The notes: generated from the sequence alone by a model not told the origin. A stretch of DNA of 56,177 nt from Kofleriaceae bacterium (GCA_035546475.1 DASZXE010000335.1:1-56177); one strand, 5' to 3'; shown: positions 6,657-19,391, counted from the stretch's first letter. Program-made: numbers and translations.

Positions 6657-8644
6657 CGGCCTCGGTCCTGGTGGTCCGTCTCGATCGACGCCCCGAGCTG
6701 AACAATCGTCTGGTCCAGGAGCTGATCCATCAGCGCGATGGCGCCCAGACGCTGGCGCTCGGGCGAGGGACGTAGCGAGCCACCCTTGCGCGACAGCCAG
6801 GTGGAAGGCTGGCCCACCGCACCCGTCTCATCGGTGAAGCGGACGTTGCCGGCCTCGTCACGGACGACCACGATCGGCGGCGCGCCCGAAGCGACCGTGC
6901 CGTGCGCGCGAATCACGATGCCGAGCTCGCGCAGCGGCCTGCTCTTGATGGTCTCGATCATGTTCAAGTGAACACCGGTCAGCCTTCCCTGCTTGACCCT
7001 GACTGCCCGCTCGGGCGTGTCGTAATCGGCCTCGAACGCGAGGTCGAGCATCCCGTCAACGCTCGCCATCGCCCCGCCATCCATCGGCGGCACCGCCGCG
7101 CCGCGGACGTCGGTGATCGCCGCGCCGTCGGCGCCGGGCGCCAGGCCGAGCCCGGCGGCCTGCTTGGCGCTCAGCGAGCCGAGCGCGTGCTGCGACAGGA
7201 AGCGCATCCACGCCAGCCGCGTCTCGTCCTTCTGGAACCCCTTGGCGTCGTCCGCCAGGTCCGCGAACTGGTGGCACATCTCTTCCATCTGCGCGATGGC
7301 CTGCTCCGGGTCGACACGCAGGGTGGGGAGCAACTGGCTGCGGAAGTGGGTCAGCGCGTCGGCGCGTCCGGTCGCCGACCAGTTGACCGCCGACGCGAGG
7401 CCGCTGAAGAAGTCGAGGGTCTCGCCACTGGCGATGCCGTCGACGGCCGCCTCGGCGCCCTGGCCGAACGCCGTCTCGCGCCCCGCCTTGCCCGCCTGCT
7501 TGAACGCCTGCTTGAACGACTCGACGAGCATCGCGGCCGAGCCGGGGTTGTCCACCTTCTCGCGCCCCGGCGACCAGACGACCGCGCCGTGGATGTCGTC
7601 GGCGCGCGCCGCGCCCGGGACCACGTGGCTCACCACCTTGCTCAGCTTCACCGCCAGCGCGCCGGCGATGCCGGCGGTGGCGGCATCGAGGGCGAACATC
7701 GCCAGGTCGAACAGCAGGCTGTGCTGGCTGCGCGGCACGAGCCGGTGGAACGCGTCGACCTCCTTGCCGACGTCGTCGACTCCCTGCCGTTGCTCGGCGG
7801 TCAAGAGCTCGAGCTGGTGCTGGGCGCGCTCGTACACTTCCAGCAGCCGGTTGTCGGCGCCCTGGGCGTACGGCGCGTCGTTCTGGTTCTCGCGCGCGAG
7901 AGCGTCGTCGAGTTGACGCGTGCGCGCCGCGTCCGCCGCCGCGGTCTGCTGCTCACCGGCGCGAGCGACAGCGGCAGCTTCTTCCTGCGCGTGGCTCGGC
8001 TCACCCGGCGCGTGCGCGGCCCCGATGACCAGGATCTCGATCGTGGTCTCCGGCCAGGCGTCGGTCTGCCACCGCGCGGTCACCCGCAGCACGGCCGACG
8101 CGCGCTCTCGCCGGTTCGGCTGGTACGCGATGGTGACCGGCGTGCCGAGGCCCTCGCGGCTCGGGTGCAGCCGGTCCGGCTTGCCGATCAGCAGGAGGTC
8201 CGGGCTACCGCTCAGCGAGACGTTCACCGCCGCCTCGTACGTCGGGTGCAGGTTGAAGATCTGCCGGTCCTCGGTCGCGCACTCGCCCGTGACGATCTCG
8301 CCGAAGTCGATCCGCGGCGGCCCCACCAGCCGAGCCGACGCCGGGTCCACGGCGGCGGCCGGGGCGCCACCGCCGCCCACCGGGTTTCCGCCGACGGGCA
8401 GGATCTCCGGCGCAGGGACGCCCCAGTCGCCATTGCCATGACCTCCGGGGCGGTGGACGGCCGGATCGACATCGGCTGCTGCCGCTCGCGAGCCACCGAC
8501 GCCTTCGCCACGAGGGCCGTAGCTACCGAAACCATCGGCGACAGCACCCCCGTACGGCGCATCGAGCGGCCGGTCGGCGGCGGGCGCCGAGCCGAAGGCG
8601 ACGGAGGACGAGGAACGATCGTCAGGTCTACGTCCGAAGGTCAT
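6653..8644 (-). CDS. Hypothetical 663-aa protein (disordered Gly/Pro N-terminus, Ig-like beta-sandwich region, coiled coil, hydrophobic segment, large C-terminal domain)
   Basis: Long ORF with coding-like codon usage. Start chosen at ATG 8644 (MTFGRRPDD...), preceded by GAGGGG 5 nt upstream. No signal peptide and no motif I recognise. Translationally coupled to the FGE lipoprotein gene. Confidence 0.6.
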   Translation of the reverse strand: MTFGRRPDDRSSSSVAFGSAPAADRPLDAPYGGAVADGFGSYGPRGEGVGGSRAAAADVDPAVHRPGGHGNGDWGVPAPEILPVGGNPVGGGGAPAAAVDPASARLVGPPRIDFGEIVTGECATEDRQIFNLHPTYEAAVNVSLSGSPDLLLIGKPDRLHPSREGLGTPVTIAYQPNRRERASAVLRVTARWQTDAWPETTIEILVIGAAHAPGEPSHAQEEAAAVARAGEQQTAAADAARTRQLDDALARENQNDAPYAQGADNRLLEVYERAQHQLELLTAEQRQGVDDVGKEVDAFHRLVPRSQHSLLFDLAMFALDAATAGIAGALAVKLSKVVSHVVPGAARADDIHGAVVWSPGREKVDNPGSAAMLVESFKQAFKQAGKAGRETAFGQGAEAAVDGIASGETLDFFSGLASAVNWSATGRADALTHFRSQLLPTLRVDPEQAIAQMEEMCHQFADLADDAKGFQKDETRLAWMRFLSQHALGSLSAKQAAGLGLAPGADGAAITDVRGAAVPPMDGGAMASVDGMLDLAFEADYDTPERAVRVKQGRLTGVHLNMIETIKSRPLRELGIVIRAHGTVASGAPPIVVVRDEAGNVRFTDETGAVGQPSTWLSRKGGSLRPSPERQRLGAIALMDQLLDQTIVQLGASIETDHQDRGR

Positions 8645-9133
8645 GTTGCCCCTCGTATCGGCATCACCTGTCCCGGGATGCGTGTCCGATGCGAGAGCGC
8701 CCGCCGAAATCCGCACGCCTTGCGACATCGACCGCGCCGACCACCGACATCGGAGCAAATCTCGCATCCGCTGCGGCGACCCCACAATCACCCGCCGGCG
8801 GTGACCGCCGGGCGCGGCGCCCATCGCCTGCCCCGTCCATTCACAGCCACGCGCCGCCGCTCGGCGCCCGTTGCCGCCGATCGGACGCAACCGCGGCACC
8901 GACCCGCCGACAACCTTGGCGACCACGCGCACCGTGACCATCATCCCTCGCCCCCGATCCTTCATTCGCGCCGGGTGCTCGCGCTCGGGCGCATCTCGCC
9001 GTCGCTACCGATTCGCCATGATCCATCGCGGCTCCGCCGGACCGTGGCGCGTCACCCACCCGTCGTCATGCGTCGCCGACACGGCTTGACGGCGACGGTC
9101 TTGATCTCCCCCACCCATGCAAGGAGACTTCTG

Positions 9134-10633
9134 ATGATGCGCCCGCTCGCCGCCACGATCACCCTTGGCGCGGCCCTCGCCTCGACGGCCTGCAAGTTCC
9201 CCTATCCCGGCGACGTCGACGATGCTCCCGCGAGGGACGACTCCGGCACGGACGCCCTGGCCGTGCCGGGCGGCGATGCGAAGGCCCAGCTATCGCTGGG
9301 AACGGGCGTCCGCGGCACGGTCTCAGCGGTCGCGCCGCCGGGTGGGGGCCTTCTGATCGCATATGACGCGAATGGCCTGGCGATCGTCGCGGGGACCACG
9401 CTGCCCTGCTCCTCCTGTTCCGTCGTCGCCAAGCTCGATGCGAGCCTGACCGAGCTCGAGTGGTACGCCTACGCCGACACACCCGAGATTCGCGAATCGC
9501 GTCTCGCCATCAGCCCGAGTGGAAGCGTGTACTGGGGGCTGGAGGCGGCTGGCGACGATCAGTACACGTTCACGATCGGCGGCAGTCGTTTCGCGCACCC
9601 GCTGACCATCTCGGTGGTTGGCAACTCCGATCAGGGCCAGGAGCCTGGCGGAGCGCGCATCGTGGTCGCGCTGGGTCCCACGGGGGAGGCACGATGGAGC
9701 CACACGCTCCGCCAGGTAGACACGGCGCCGGGGAACGCGCTCGGACCGTTCGCCGTGTTTGCCGCCGCGGACGACGCCCTCGTCTCCTCGCTGGAGGGCA
9801 AGGGGACCCTCGAATACGTGAACCAGTCGGGCGTGACCGCATCCACCGCGGTGGCTCAGTTGTCTCAGGTGCTCCACGAGCTGGACCCCGCTACCGGCCA
9901 CACTGTCAGCGTGCTCGTTCAACCGGAGAGCGGTAGCTACGCCCTCCACCAGCGCGCCATCGGGGTGCCCGGACTCGACGGGCGAGGCTTCTTGAGAACA
10001 GACACCGACCACGATGCAGACGGGCTCGATCTAGGCGATCGCCTGCGCATCGGCGCGTTCCAGAACGGCTTCGACACCAGCGTGACCGACTCGATCAGCG
10101 TCCCGGCCGGTGAGACACGCTTCGTTGCCGTGACGCTGGATGGCCAGCCAGCGGCGTTCGATACCATCCACGCCGCGGCCACGATCGCGGGCACGCATCT
10201 CACCGCGCCAAGCACGAACGGCGACGCCGTCTTCGTCGTCCTCGACCGGGCCAGTCCCTCGGTCCTGGCGACCATGTACGTCGCCGGGCGCGGATACGAT
10301 CGCGCCGCGTTCATGGCCGGTAGCGCCACCGACGCGTTCATCGGCGGCACCTACGAGTCCACTGATCTCTTGATCGGGAACGACAGGCTGCCCGCGCCCC
10401 CCGACGCGGGCAGCCATGGTGTCTTCCTGGCGCGCGTCCGCGGCGAGGGGGCCGCGCTCATCGCCGAGTGGTCCCGGGGTTACATTGCCACGGGGTCGCT
10501 CGACGTGAAGAGCGCAGCAGTGGACGCAGCGACCGGAGATTTGTATGCGATCGTCACCGTCTCGGCGACCGTGGATGTCGGGCTAGGACCGATCGGCGGA
10601 ACGTTCGTTGCGCGGTTCCTCCGCGGATCGTGA
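9134..10633 (+). CDS. Predicted lipoprotein, function unknown (beta-rich)
   Basis: AAGGAG at 9121-9126, 7 nt before ATG 9134. Signal MMRPLAATITLGAALASTAC with a lipobox-like Cys. This is the in-frame terminal 499 aa of track ORF 6902..10633, whose upstream part is antisense to the 663-aa gene. Confidence 0.7.
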   Translation: MMRPLAATITLGAALASTACKFPYPGDVDDAPARDDSGTDALAVPGGDAKAQLSLGTGVRGTVSAVAPPGGGLLIAYDANGLAIVAGTTLPCSSCSVVAKLDASLTELEWYAYADTPEIRESRLAISPSGSVYWGLEAAGDDQYTFTIGGSRFAHPLTISVVGNSDQGQEPGGARIVVALGPTGEARWSHTLRQVDTAPGNALGPFAVFAAADDALVSSLEGKGTLEYVNQSGVTASTAVAQLSQVLHELDPATGHTVSVLVQPESGSYALHQRAIGVPGLDGRGFLRTDTDHDADGLDLGDRLRIGAFQNGFDTSVTDSISVPAGETRFVAVTLDGQPAAFDTIHAAATIAGTHLTAPSTNGDAVFVVLDRASPSVLATMYVAGRGYDRAAFMAGSATDAFIGGTYESTDLLIGNDRLPAPPDAGSHGVFLARVRGEGAALIAEWSRGYIATGSLDVKSAAVDAATGDLYAIVTVSATVDVGLGPIGGTFVARFLRGS

Positions 10634-10636
10634 TGA

Positions 10637-12211
10637 TCAGTTGCAGGTGCCGTTGAGCGTGATGTCGCCGGCGCCGCCGCGCGGCAGGAAGACGTAGCTG
10701 TTCGTGTCGGAGAAGGCGTTGTAGTGCCAGATGCCGATGAGTGATGCGTAGCAGGTGTCCGCCGTGATCGTGAAACGGTAGATGTCGTCGTCCGCGATGA
10801 AGTTGGTCGTTCCGACGGTCAGGGTGCGCTGATGCGCCGTGGCGTTGCTCTCCGTACCGCTCACCTTCACGTTGTCGAGCTCGATGAGGACGCCCTCGTA
10901 GGGCTCGCCGGTGGCGTTCACGAGCAGGTTCGGCACGGTCAGGCCGGTGACCGGGGTCGGCGCACCGGCGGGCGCGCTCACGAACGTCACGTTCGAGAAC
11001 GAGACCTCGGTCGTCGTGTCGCCGCCGTCGCCGCCGTCGAACTCCTGCACCTTGCCCGACACGTTCACGCGGGCGCCGACGACGATGTTGTCCGGCAGCA
11101 CCGCCGCGCCCGAGCCGCGGAAGACGTACACGCCCTGGTTCGGCGCCGCCTGCAGGTTGTCGGCGACCCACAGGTTCTTCTTGTTGAACGCCACGCCGGT
11201 CACCACGACGTTGCTCAGGTTCACCATCGAGTTGACCGGCACGACCCCGGTCTGGACGTTCGCCACCGTCGTCGTCACCGTGCAGCTCTGCACCGCGGCC
11301 AGGCACGAGTTGTCGTTGCAGTCGGCGAAGCCGTTGGCGTCGTTGTCGATGCCGTCGGCGCAGGAGGTCGCGTCCGCCTCGGGCGCCGGGCAGTCGGTGC
11401 CCCCGGCCACGATGTCGGCCGTGCTGCGCGGCAGGACCTTGTACTGGAAGAAGTAGTCGCCGATGCCGGTGATGCTCGCGAGGCAGTCGCCCTTGGCGAC
11501 CAGCGCGTCCGGGATCTCCGCCAGGCTCGAGTCGACGTCGTAGTAGCCGGTGATGAGGAAGTCCTTGAACGTCGGGTCGGGCATCGAGCCGCCGATCGGC
11601 TGGATGTCGCGCGTCACCGACACGTTCTGGACCGTGATGAGGACGTGCTCCCACTTCTCCTGCTCGGCGAGGCGCATCGCCTCCGGCAGCCGGCCGTTCG
11701 CCAGCGCATCGACGACGTGCGGCGCCGGCACCGTGCCGGTCCCGACCTTGTTCACCGTCATCATGCCGCCGCCGGCGCCGACCAGCTCCGTGATCGTCGC
11801 CGTGTCGGTCGCGAGGCTGAACTCGTCCTTCTCCGCGTTCGTGATGTCGACGAGGTCGCCGACCGACAGCGCGTCGACCTGCTCGAGCGGCGCGCCGAAC
11901 ACCAGCACGCCCGAGTACTCGCCGCCCTCCGGCTCCTCGACGTAGAAGTTCCCCTCCCGGTTCCCGTACTTGTCGATGGCGGTGACGACCACGCCGCGCA
12001 GCGTGACCGGCGTGCCGACCGGCGTGTTGTCGTCCTGCACGGCCTGGATCTTCATGTCGTCCGGGTTCACGGCGTCGATGCCGCCGTCGCTGCCGGGGTT
12101 GACCCCGTCGTCATCGCCGCTGGACGAGCTACGGCACGCGCCGCCGGCGACGGCGAGGAGAGCCAGGACCAGGACGGCGAACGGTTGCGCAAGCAGTCGA
12201 CGTGCACGCAT
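10637..12211 (-). CDS. Predicted lipoprotein with two similar beta-barrel (OB-like) modules flanking a Cys/Asp-rich motif
   Basis: GGAGG lies 7 nt before ATG 12211. Signal MRARRLLAQPFAVLVLALLAVAGGAC. Module 1 reads ...TPVTLRGVVVTAIDKYGN..GNFYVEEPEGG.YSGVLVF. Module 2 reads ...VNLSNVVVTGVAFNKKNLWVAD.....NQGVYVF. Central motif is CADGIDNDANGFADCNDNSC. Confidence 0.7.
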   Translation of the reverse strand: MRARRLLAQPFAVLVLALLAVAGGACRSSSSGDDDGVNPGSDGGIDAVNPDDMKIQAVQDDNTPVGTPVTLRGVVVTAIDKYGNREGNFYVEEPEGGEYSGVLVFGAPLEQVDALSVGDLVDITNAEKDEFSLATDTATITELVGAGGGMMTVNKVGTGTVPAPHVVDALANGRLPEAMRLAEQEKWEHVLITVQNVSVTRDIQPIGGSMPDPTFKDFLITGYYDVDSSLAEIPDALVAKGDCLASITGIGDYFFQYKVLPRSTADIVAGGTDCPAPEADATSCADGIDNDANGFADCNDNSCLAAVQSCTVTTTVANVQTGVVPVNSMVNLSNVVVTGVAFNKKNLWVADNLQAAPNQGVYVFRGSGAAVLPDNIVVGARVNVSGKVQEFDGGDGGDTTTEVSFSNVTFVSAPAGAPTPVTGLTVPNLLVNATGEPYEGVLIELDNVKVSGTESNATAHQRTLTVGTTNFIADDDIYRFTITADTCYASLIGIWHYNAFSDTNSYVFLPRGGAGDITLNGTCN

Positions 12212-12393
12212 AGAGGAACCTCCAGAGACGATCGGAACGCGATCGCCGGCTTTATAGACCAGAACCATGACGTCGCGGTGAAGCGATCGTCACAGCTTTC
12301 CAGGTCCCCGCCCGGTGTCCACCGACGGTGAACACCGGTCTCGCGCGCACGCCGCGCGGCTCGGCCGGCGCCGGCCCGCCGCCGGCCCACGCG

Positions 12394-12873
12394 CTACTTC
12401 TCGTCGCCGGTCAGCCCGCCGTAGCCCGCCGCCCCGTACTCGGCCTCCAGCGCCGCGTCGTGGCGGAGGTGGATGTCGTCGTCCTCGAACCGCCCCACGT
12501 AGCCATCGCCCTCCTTCGCGAACTGCACGTCCATCGACGCGTCGCACGCGCCCCACGGGCAGAAGAAGCTGCCGCTGAACGCGAGGCCGTCCGCCGTCGG
12601 CGTGAGCGTCCCGCGGAACCGCTGCGAGCCCATCAGCTTGCGCAGCTCCCAGTGGCCGTCGACCTGCCGCAGCTTGCACGGCTGCGGGTCGTAGTCGCTG
12701 ATCTGACAGCTCCACAGCGCGTTGTCGCGGAACGCCTCCGGCGTCGCCACCGCCAGCGGCTCGCCGCCGGTGCCTTCGCCGGTGTTCCCGATCGGCGCCG
12801 CCGCCTTGCCACCGCCGCAGGCCGCCAGCGCCAGCCCGAGCGCCGCGGCCACCATCGTCGTCATCGTCCGCAT
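12394..12873 (-). CDS. Small predicted lipoprotein, function unknown
   Basis: Start trimmed to ATG 12873 ([19 protein letters not shown], lipobox LAAC). The track ORF extends to 13032, where it overlaps rplQ out of frame. Confidence 0.65.
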   Translation of the reverse strand: MRTMTTMVAAALGLALAACGGGKAAAPIGNTGEGTGGEPLAVATPEAFRDNALWSCQISDYDPQPCKLRQVDGHWELRKLMGSQRFRGTLTPTADGLAFSGSFFCPWGACDASMDVQFAKEGDGYVGRFEDDDIHLRHDAALEAEYGAAGYGGLTGDEK

Positions 12874-12880
12874 GGCGCGC

Positions 12881-12909
12881 AAACTAGCACGGCGCCCACG
12901 CGGGGCGCC
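12881..12909 (-). terminator. Candidate terminator downstream of rplQ
   Basis: On the minus strand, GGCGCCC-cgcgt-GGGCGCC (7-bp stem, 12891-12909) is followed by GTGCTAGTTTG. The T-tract is weak. Confidence 0.3.
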
Positions 12910-12970
12910 GTCCACGCGGGCGCATCGTGCCCGCTCGCGCGCGCGACGGCCAAAGCCGCCGCGCCGCCTG

Positions 12971-13396
12971 CTACGCCTCGCCGACGGCCGGCGCGAGGCC
13001 GACCAGCTCGACGAACGCCATCGACGCCGCATCGCCGCGGCGGAACCGCGTCTTGAGGACGCGCGTGTAGCCGCCCTTCCGCGCCTTGAAGTGCGGGCCG
13101 ATCTCGTTGAACAGCCGCGCCATCGCCGTGTCCGTCTTCACGACCTTGCGGGCCATCCGCTTGGCGTGGACGATCTTCGTCCGCTCGGCCGGCGTCTTGC
13201 CGTCCTTGCCGACCAGATCGGCGACGTCGATGCCCCAGCGAATGGTCGCATCGGCCACCGAGCGCAGCTCCTTGGCCTTCGCCTCGGTGGTCTCGATGCG
13301 CCCGTAGGTGAACAGCGAGGTCACCAGGTTCGCGTACAGCGCGTCGCGGTGGGCCGCGGTGCGCGAGAGCTTCCGTCCAGAGTTGCCGTGACGCAT
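12971..13396 (-). CDS. rplQ: 50S ribosomal protein L17 (bL17)
   Basis: [44 protein letters not shown] is the bL17 N-terminus. Last gene of the alpha operon. Confidence 0.95.
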   Translation of the reverse strand: MRHGNSGRKLSRTAAHRDALYANLVTSLFTYGRIETTEAKAKELRSVADATIRWGIDVADLVGKDGKTPAERTKIVHAKRMARKVVKTDTAMARLFNEIGPHFKARKGGYTRVLKTRFRRGDAASMAFVELVGLAPAVGEA

Positions 13397-13438
13397 GATC
13401 TGTCTACTTTCGTTGTCTCGTGCCGCTCGCGCGCGCCG

Positions 13439-14467
<1,029 letters not shown>

Positions 14468-14616
14468 GCCGCCGGCGGCGTCCGCCGCCGGCGTTGGGTT
14501 CCCGGCGGTGAGGCCGGCCGGGCAAGGGAATCTGGAAACAGGACGGCCCGGGCGTCCCCGGGCAGGGTCTACACCACGTCGGCGCCGGGGGCCAGTCCAG
14601 CCCCCGACCTCGCCGG

Positions 14617-15246
<630 letters not shown>

Positions 15247-15307
15247 CTTTTGTTCGTCCGTGTCCGAGTGCGTGGAGGAGGTGATCCCGACGGAGGAGGC
15301 CCGAGCC

Positions 15308-15697
15308 TCAGACCCGGCGGCGCTTGCGCGGACGGCAGCCGTTGTGCGGCACCGGCGTGCAGTCGCGGATGAGGTTGATCTTGAAGCCGGCGGCGTTGAG
15401 CGCGCGCAGCGCCGACTCGCGGCCGGCGCCCGGGCCGGTCACGTAGACGGTCACGTTGCGCACCCCGTGCTCCATCGCCTTCTTCGCGGCGTCCTCGGCG
15501 GCGAGCTGCGCGGCGAACGGCGTCGACTTGCGCGAGCCCTTGAAGCCGCAGGTGCCCGACGACGACCAGGCGACGGTGTTGCCGCTGACGTCGGTGATCG
15601 TGACGATCGTGTTGTTGAAGGTCGCCGCGACGTGCGCGACGCCGGTCTGGACGTTCTTCCGGACCTTCTTCTTCTGCTTACCCTTGACGGTCGACAT
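15308..15697 (-). CDS. rpsK: 30S ribosomal protein S11 (uS11)
   Basis: ...[44 protein letters not shown]; 129 aa. Confidence 0.95.
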   Translation of the reverse strand: MSTVKGKQKKKVRKNVQTGVAHVAATFNNTIVTITDVSGNTVAWSSSGTCGFKGSRKSTPFAAQLAAEDAAKKAMEHGVRNVTVYVTGPGAGRESALRALNAAGFKINLIRDCTPVPHNGCRPRKRRRV

Positions 15698-15733
15698 CGT
15701 TTCCTCGCTGCTCTTCCGTTGGCCCTTGGCGGG

Positions 15734-16117
15734 TCACTTCTTCGTCGCGCCGCCCTGCTTCTTCACGGCCATCCGCCGCGGACCCTTGCGGGTGCGGGCG
15801 TTGGTGTGCGTGCGCTGACCGCGCGCGGGCAGGTTCCTGCGGTGACGCGAGCCCCGGTAGCAGCCGAGGTCGATGAGACGCTTGATGCTGAGCTGCACGT
15901 CGCGGCGGAGATCGCCCTCGACGCGGTAGTTCGCTTCGATCGCGTCGCGGATCTTGCGCACGTCGTTCTCGTCGAGATCGTCGGTGCGCTTGTCGGGCGA
16001 GATGCCGGCCTGCTTCAACACCACGTTCGAGGCGTGGCGGCCGAGGCCGAAGATGTACGTGAGGGCGATCTCGACGCGCTTGTTGCGCGGGAGGTCGACG
16101 CCGGCGATGCGTGCCAT
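15734..16117 (-). CDS. rpsM: 30S ribosomal protein S13 (uS13)
   Basis: [26 protein letters not shown]...; 127 aa. Confidence 0.95.
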   Translation of the reverse strand: MARIAGVDLPRNKRVEIALTYIFGLGRHASNVVLKQAGISPDKRTDDLDENDVRKIRDAIEANYRVEGDLRRDVQLSIKRLIDLGCYRGSRHRRNLPARGQRTHTNARTRKGPRRMAVKKQGGATKK

Positions 16118-16160
16118 GGATCGTTGCTCCTAGGTGATCTCGGTCGAGGCCGCTGCCTGC

Positions 16161-16274
16161 TCAGCCCTGGCGCTGCTTGTGGCGGACATTGGTGCAGATG
16201 ACGCGCACGACGCCCTTGCGCTTGATGACCTTGCACTTGGGGCAGATGGGCTTGACCGACGCTCGGACTTTCAT
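16161..16274 (-). CDS. rpmJ: 50S ribosomal protein L36 (bL36)
   Basis: Too short for the ORF track. My reverse translation gives [37 protein letters not shown] (37 aa, CxxC...C...H zinc type), between map and rpsM. Confidence 0.9.
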   Translation of the reverse strand: MKVRASVKPICPKCKVIKRKGVVRVICTNVRHKQRQG

Positions 16275-16335
16275 GACGCTTCCGTTCCTTGCTTCGATGG
16301 GGCCGCTGGACGTGGCCCCGGCGGAGAAGACTGGC

Positions 16336-17133
16336 TCAGGATCGATCGTGTGCAGGGTCGCCGGGGGTCGAGGCCGGCCGGGTCAGGACCCAGGGTCCCT
16401 CGTCGAGAATCGCGATGGTGTGCTCGAAGTGCGCCGAGAGCTTCCTGTCGGCGGTCACCGCCGTCCACTCATCGTCGAGGACCTCGACGTCAGGGGCCCC
16501 GGCGTTTACCATAGGCTCCACGGCAATGACAAGGCCGCGTTTGATGCGTTTTCCGCTACCTGCCTTGCCATAGTTCGGGACCGGCGGGTCCTCGTGCATC
16601 CGCCGGCCGATCCCGTGGCCGACGAACGTCGTAACCACTGAATATCCAAGGGACTCGGCGTAGTGCTGGACCGCGGAGCCGACATCCTCGAGCCGGTTGT
16701 CGATCCGACACTGGTCGATCGCGAGATCCAGGCACTTCTTGGTCGCCTGCAGGAGCGCGGTCGCCTCCGGCGTGCCCTTGCCGCCGACGAGGACCGTCCG
16801 CGCCGAGTCGGCGCACAGCCCGTGCTTGAACGATCCGAAGTCGATGCCGACCAGGTCGCCGGCCTGGAGGATCTTGTCCTTGCGCGGGATGCCGTGGACG
16901 ATCTCCTCGTTGACGGAGATGCAGGTCACCGCCGGGTACGGCGGCCGCGCGTAGCCGAGGAACGCCGACACCACGCCCTCGCGCTTGATCGCCGCGCGCG
17001 CGATGCGATCGAGCTCGAACGTCGACACGCCCGGCACCGCCGCGGCGCAGACCTCGTCGAGGATCGCGGCCACGACGAGGCCGGACTCGCGCATGAGTCG
17101 GATCTCGTCGAGGCTCTTGTAGATGATGCGCAC
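16336..17133 (-). CDS. map: Type I methionine aminopeptidase
   Basis: In-frame GTG at 17133 gives [22 protein letters not shown]... with metal-site motifs [23 protein letters not shown] and HFEHT. The upstream part of track ORF 16336..18069 overlaps secY out of frame and was trimmed. Confidence 0.9.
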   Translation of the reverse strand: MRIIYKSLDEIRLMRESGLVVAAILDEVCAAAVPGVSTFELDRIARAAIKREGVVSAFLGYARPPYPAVTCISVNEEIVHGIPRKDKILQAGDLVGIDFGSFKHGLCADSARTVLVGGKGTPEATALLQATKKCLDLAIDQCRIDNRLEDVGSAVQHYAESLGYSVVTTFVGHGIGRRMHEDPPVPNYGKAGSGKRIKRGLVIAVEPMVNAGAPDVEVLDDEWTAVTADRKLSAHFEHTIAILDEGPWVLTRPASTPGDPAHDRS

Positions 17134-17219
17134 GGTGGCTCGGTCGGGGACGCTCGTCGGAAACGGCAACGCGCCGCCCGGCTTCCACACCGGAGCGGCG
17201 CGCGGCGGAGGGGCGCCGG

Positions 17220-18575
<1,356 letters not shown>

Positions 18576-18626
18576 GTTGAACCAGCCTGCCGAGGGAGGC
18601 GCCGGAGGGGCGAAGGGTTCGGGACG

Positions 18627-19097
18627 CTACGCCGCCGCGGCCGCCTCGAGCGGGACCGCGGAGCCGCCGGCCTTCTCGATCTTGTCCTTCGCCGCCGCCG
18701 AGAAGCGGTGCGCCTTGACCGTCAGCTTCTTGGTCAGGTCGCCCTCGGCGAGGATCTTGATGGCCTCCGCCTTCTTGGGCACCAGGCCGCGAGCGCGGAG
18801 CGCGTCGACGTCGACGGTGGCGCCGGTCTCGAAGAGGTCCTCGAGCGTGCGCAGGTTGATCGGGTACGCCTCGACGCGGAACGGGTTCTTGAAGCCGCGC
18901 TTGGCGATGCGCATCTTCATCGGCATCTGGCCGCCCTCGAAGCCGATGCGGGCGCCGTGGTGACCGGGGCGGGCCTTCTGGCCCTTGACGCCCTTGCCGG
19001 ACGTCTTGCCGGTGCCCGAGCCGCGGCCGCGGCCGAGCCGCTTCTTGGTCTTCGTCGAGCCCTTGTTGGGCGAGAGCGAGTGGAGGGTGGTGCCCAT
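18627..19097 (-). CDS. rplO: 50S ribosomal protein L15 (uL15)
   Basis: Start set at the internal Met (19097): [43 protein letters not shown] aligns with the family N-terminus. The ORF-track start at 19148 would add 17 non-conserved residues. Confidence 0.9.
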   Translation of the reverse strand: MGTTLHSLSPNKGSTKTKKRLGRGRGSGTGKTSGKGVKGQKARPGHHGARIGFEGGQMPMKMRIAKRGFKNPFRVEAYPINLRTLEDLFETGATVDVDALRARGLVPKKAEAIKILAEGDLTKKLTVKAHRFSAAAKDKIEKAGGSAVPLEAAAAA

Positions 19098-19205
19098 CGC
19101 GATTCTGCTTTCCGAGGCCGCCGGTGTCCGCCCGTGAGTATCAGGCATGAACGGCGGCCGGCAACTACCGAAACGGTGAGGTGATCGAGGGCCGGCGCGG
19201 GCCGG

Positions 19206-19391
19206 TCACTCGACCGGGTCGACGGTGACCAGGTGCGAGACCTTGCGGATCATGCCGCGGATCGACGGCGTGTCCTCGAGGACCTTCGTCGCGTGCGGCT
19301 TGCCGAGGCCGAGGCCCTTGAGGGTCTGGCGCTGCGTCTCGGGGCGGCCGATGCCGCTGCGGATCTGGGTGACCTTGAGCTTGATGGCCAT
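19206..19391 (-). CDS. rpmD: 50S ribosomal protein L30 (uL30)
   Basis: [31 protein letters not shown]... from ATG 19391. The track extension overlaps the rpsE 3' end. Confidence 0.9.
   Translation of the reverse strand: MAIKLKVTQIRSGIGRPETQRQTLKGLGLGKPHATKVLEDTPSIRGMIRKVSHLVTVDPVE

Noticed and set aside
5517-6701. 394-aa plus-strand ORF as a real gene.
   Set aside because: From 5844 onward it is fully antisense to the FGE-domain lipoprotein gene, which has clear family motifs. Only its first 280 nt or so show coding-like periodicity, and that is reported separately as an open question.
6902-9133. The upstream 744 codons of track ORF 6902..10633 (+), which would make a 1243-aa protein.
   Set aside because: This part is antisense to the 663-aa minus-strand gene and is Arg-rich. 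A strong AAGGAG-N7-ATG and a lipoprotein signal at 9134 mark the real start.
12874-13032. N-terminal extensions offered by the ORF track for several genes: 12394..13032, rplO, rpmD, rpsE, rplV, rplW, rplD, rpsN, rpmC, fliP-like, fliO-like, yjbQ-like and TPR.
   Set aside because: The extensions overlap the 3' ends of the preceding genes, are Arg/Ser-rich, and precede internal starts that align with the family N-termini or with signal peptides. They were trimmed to the internal starts.
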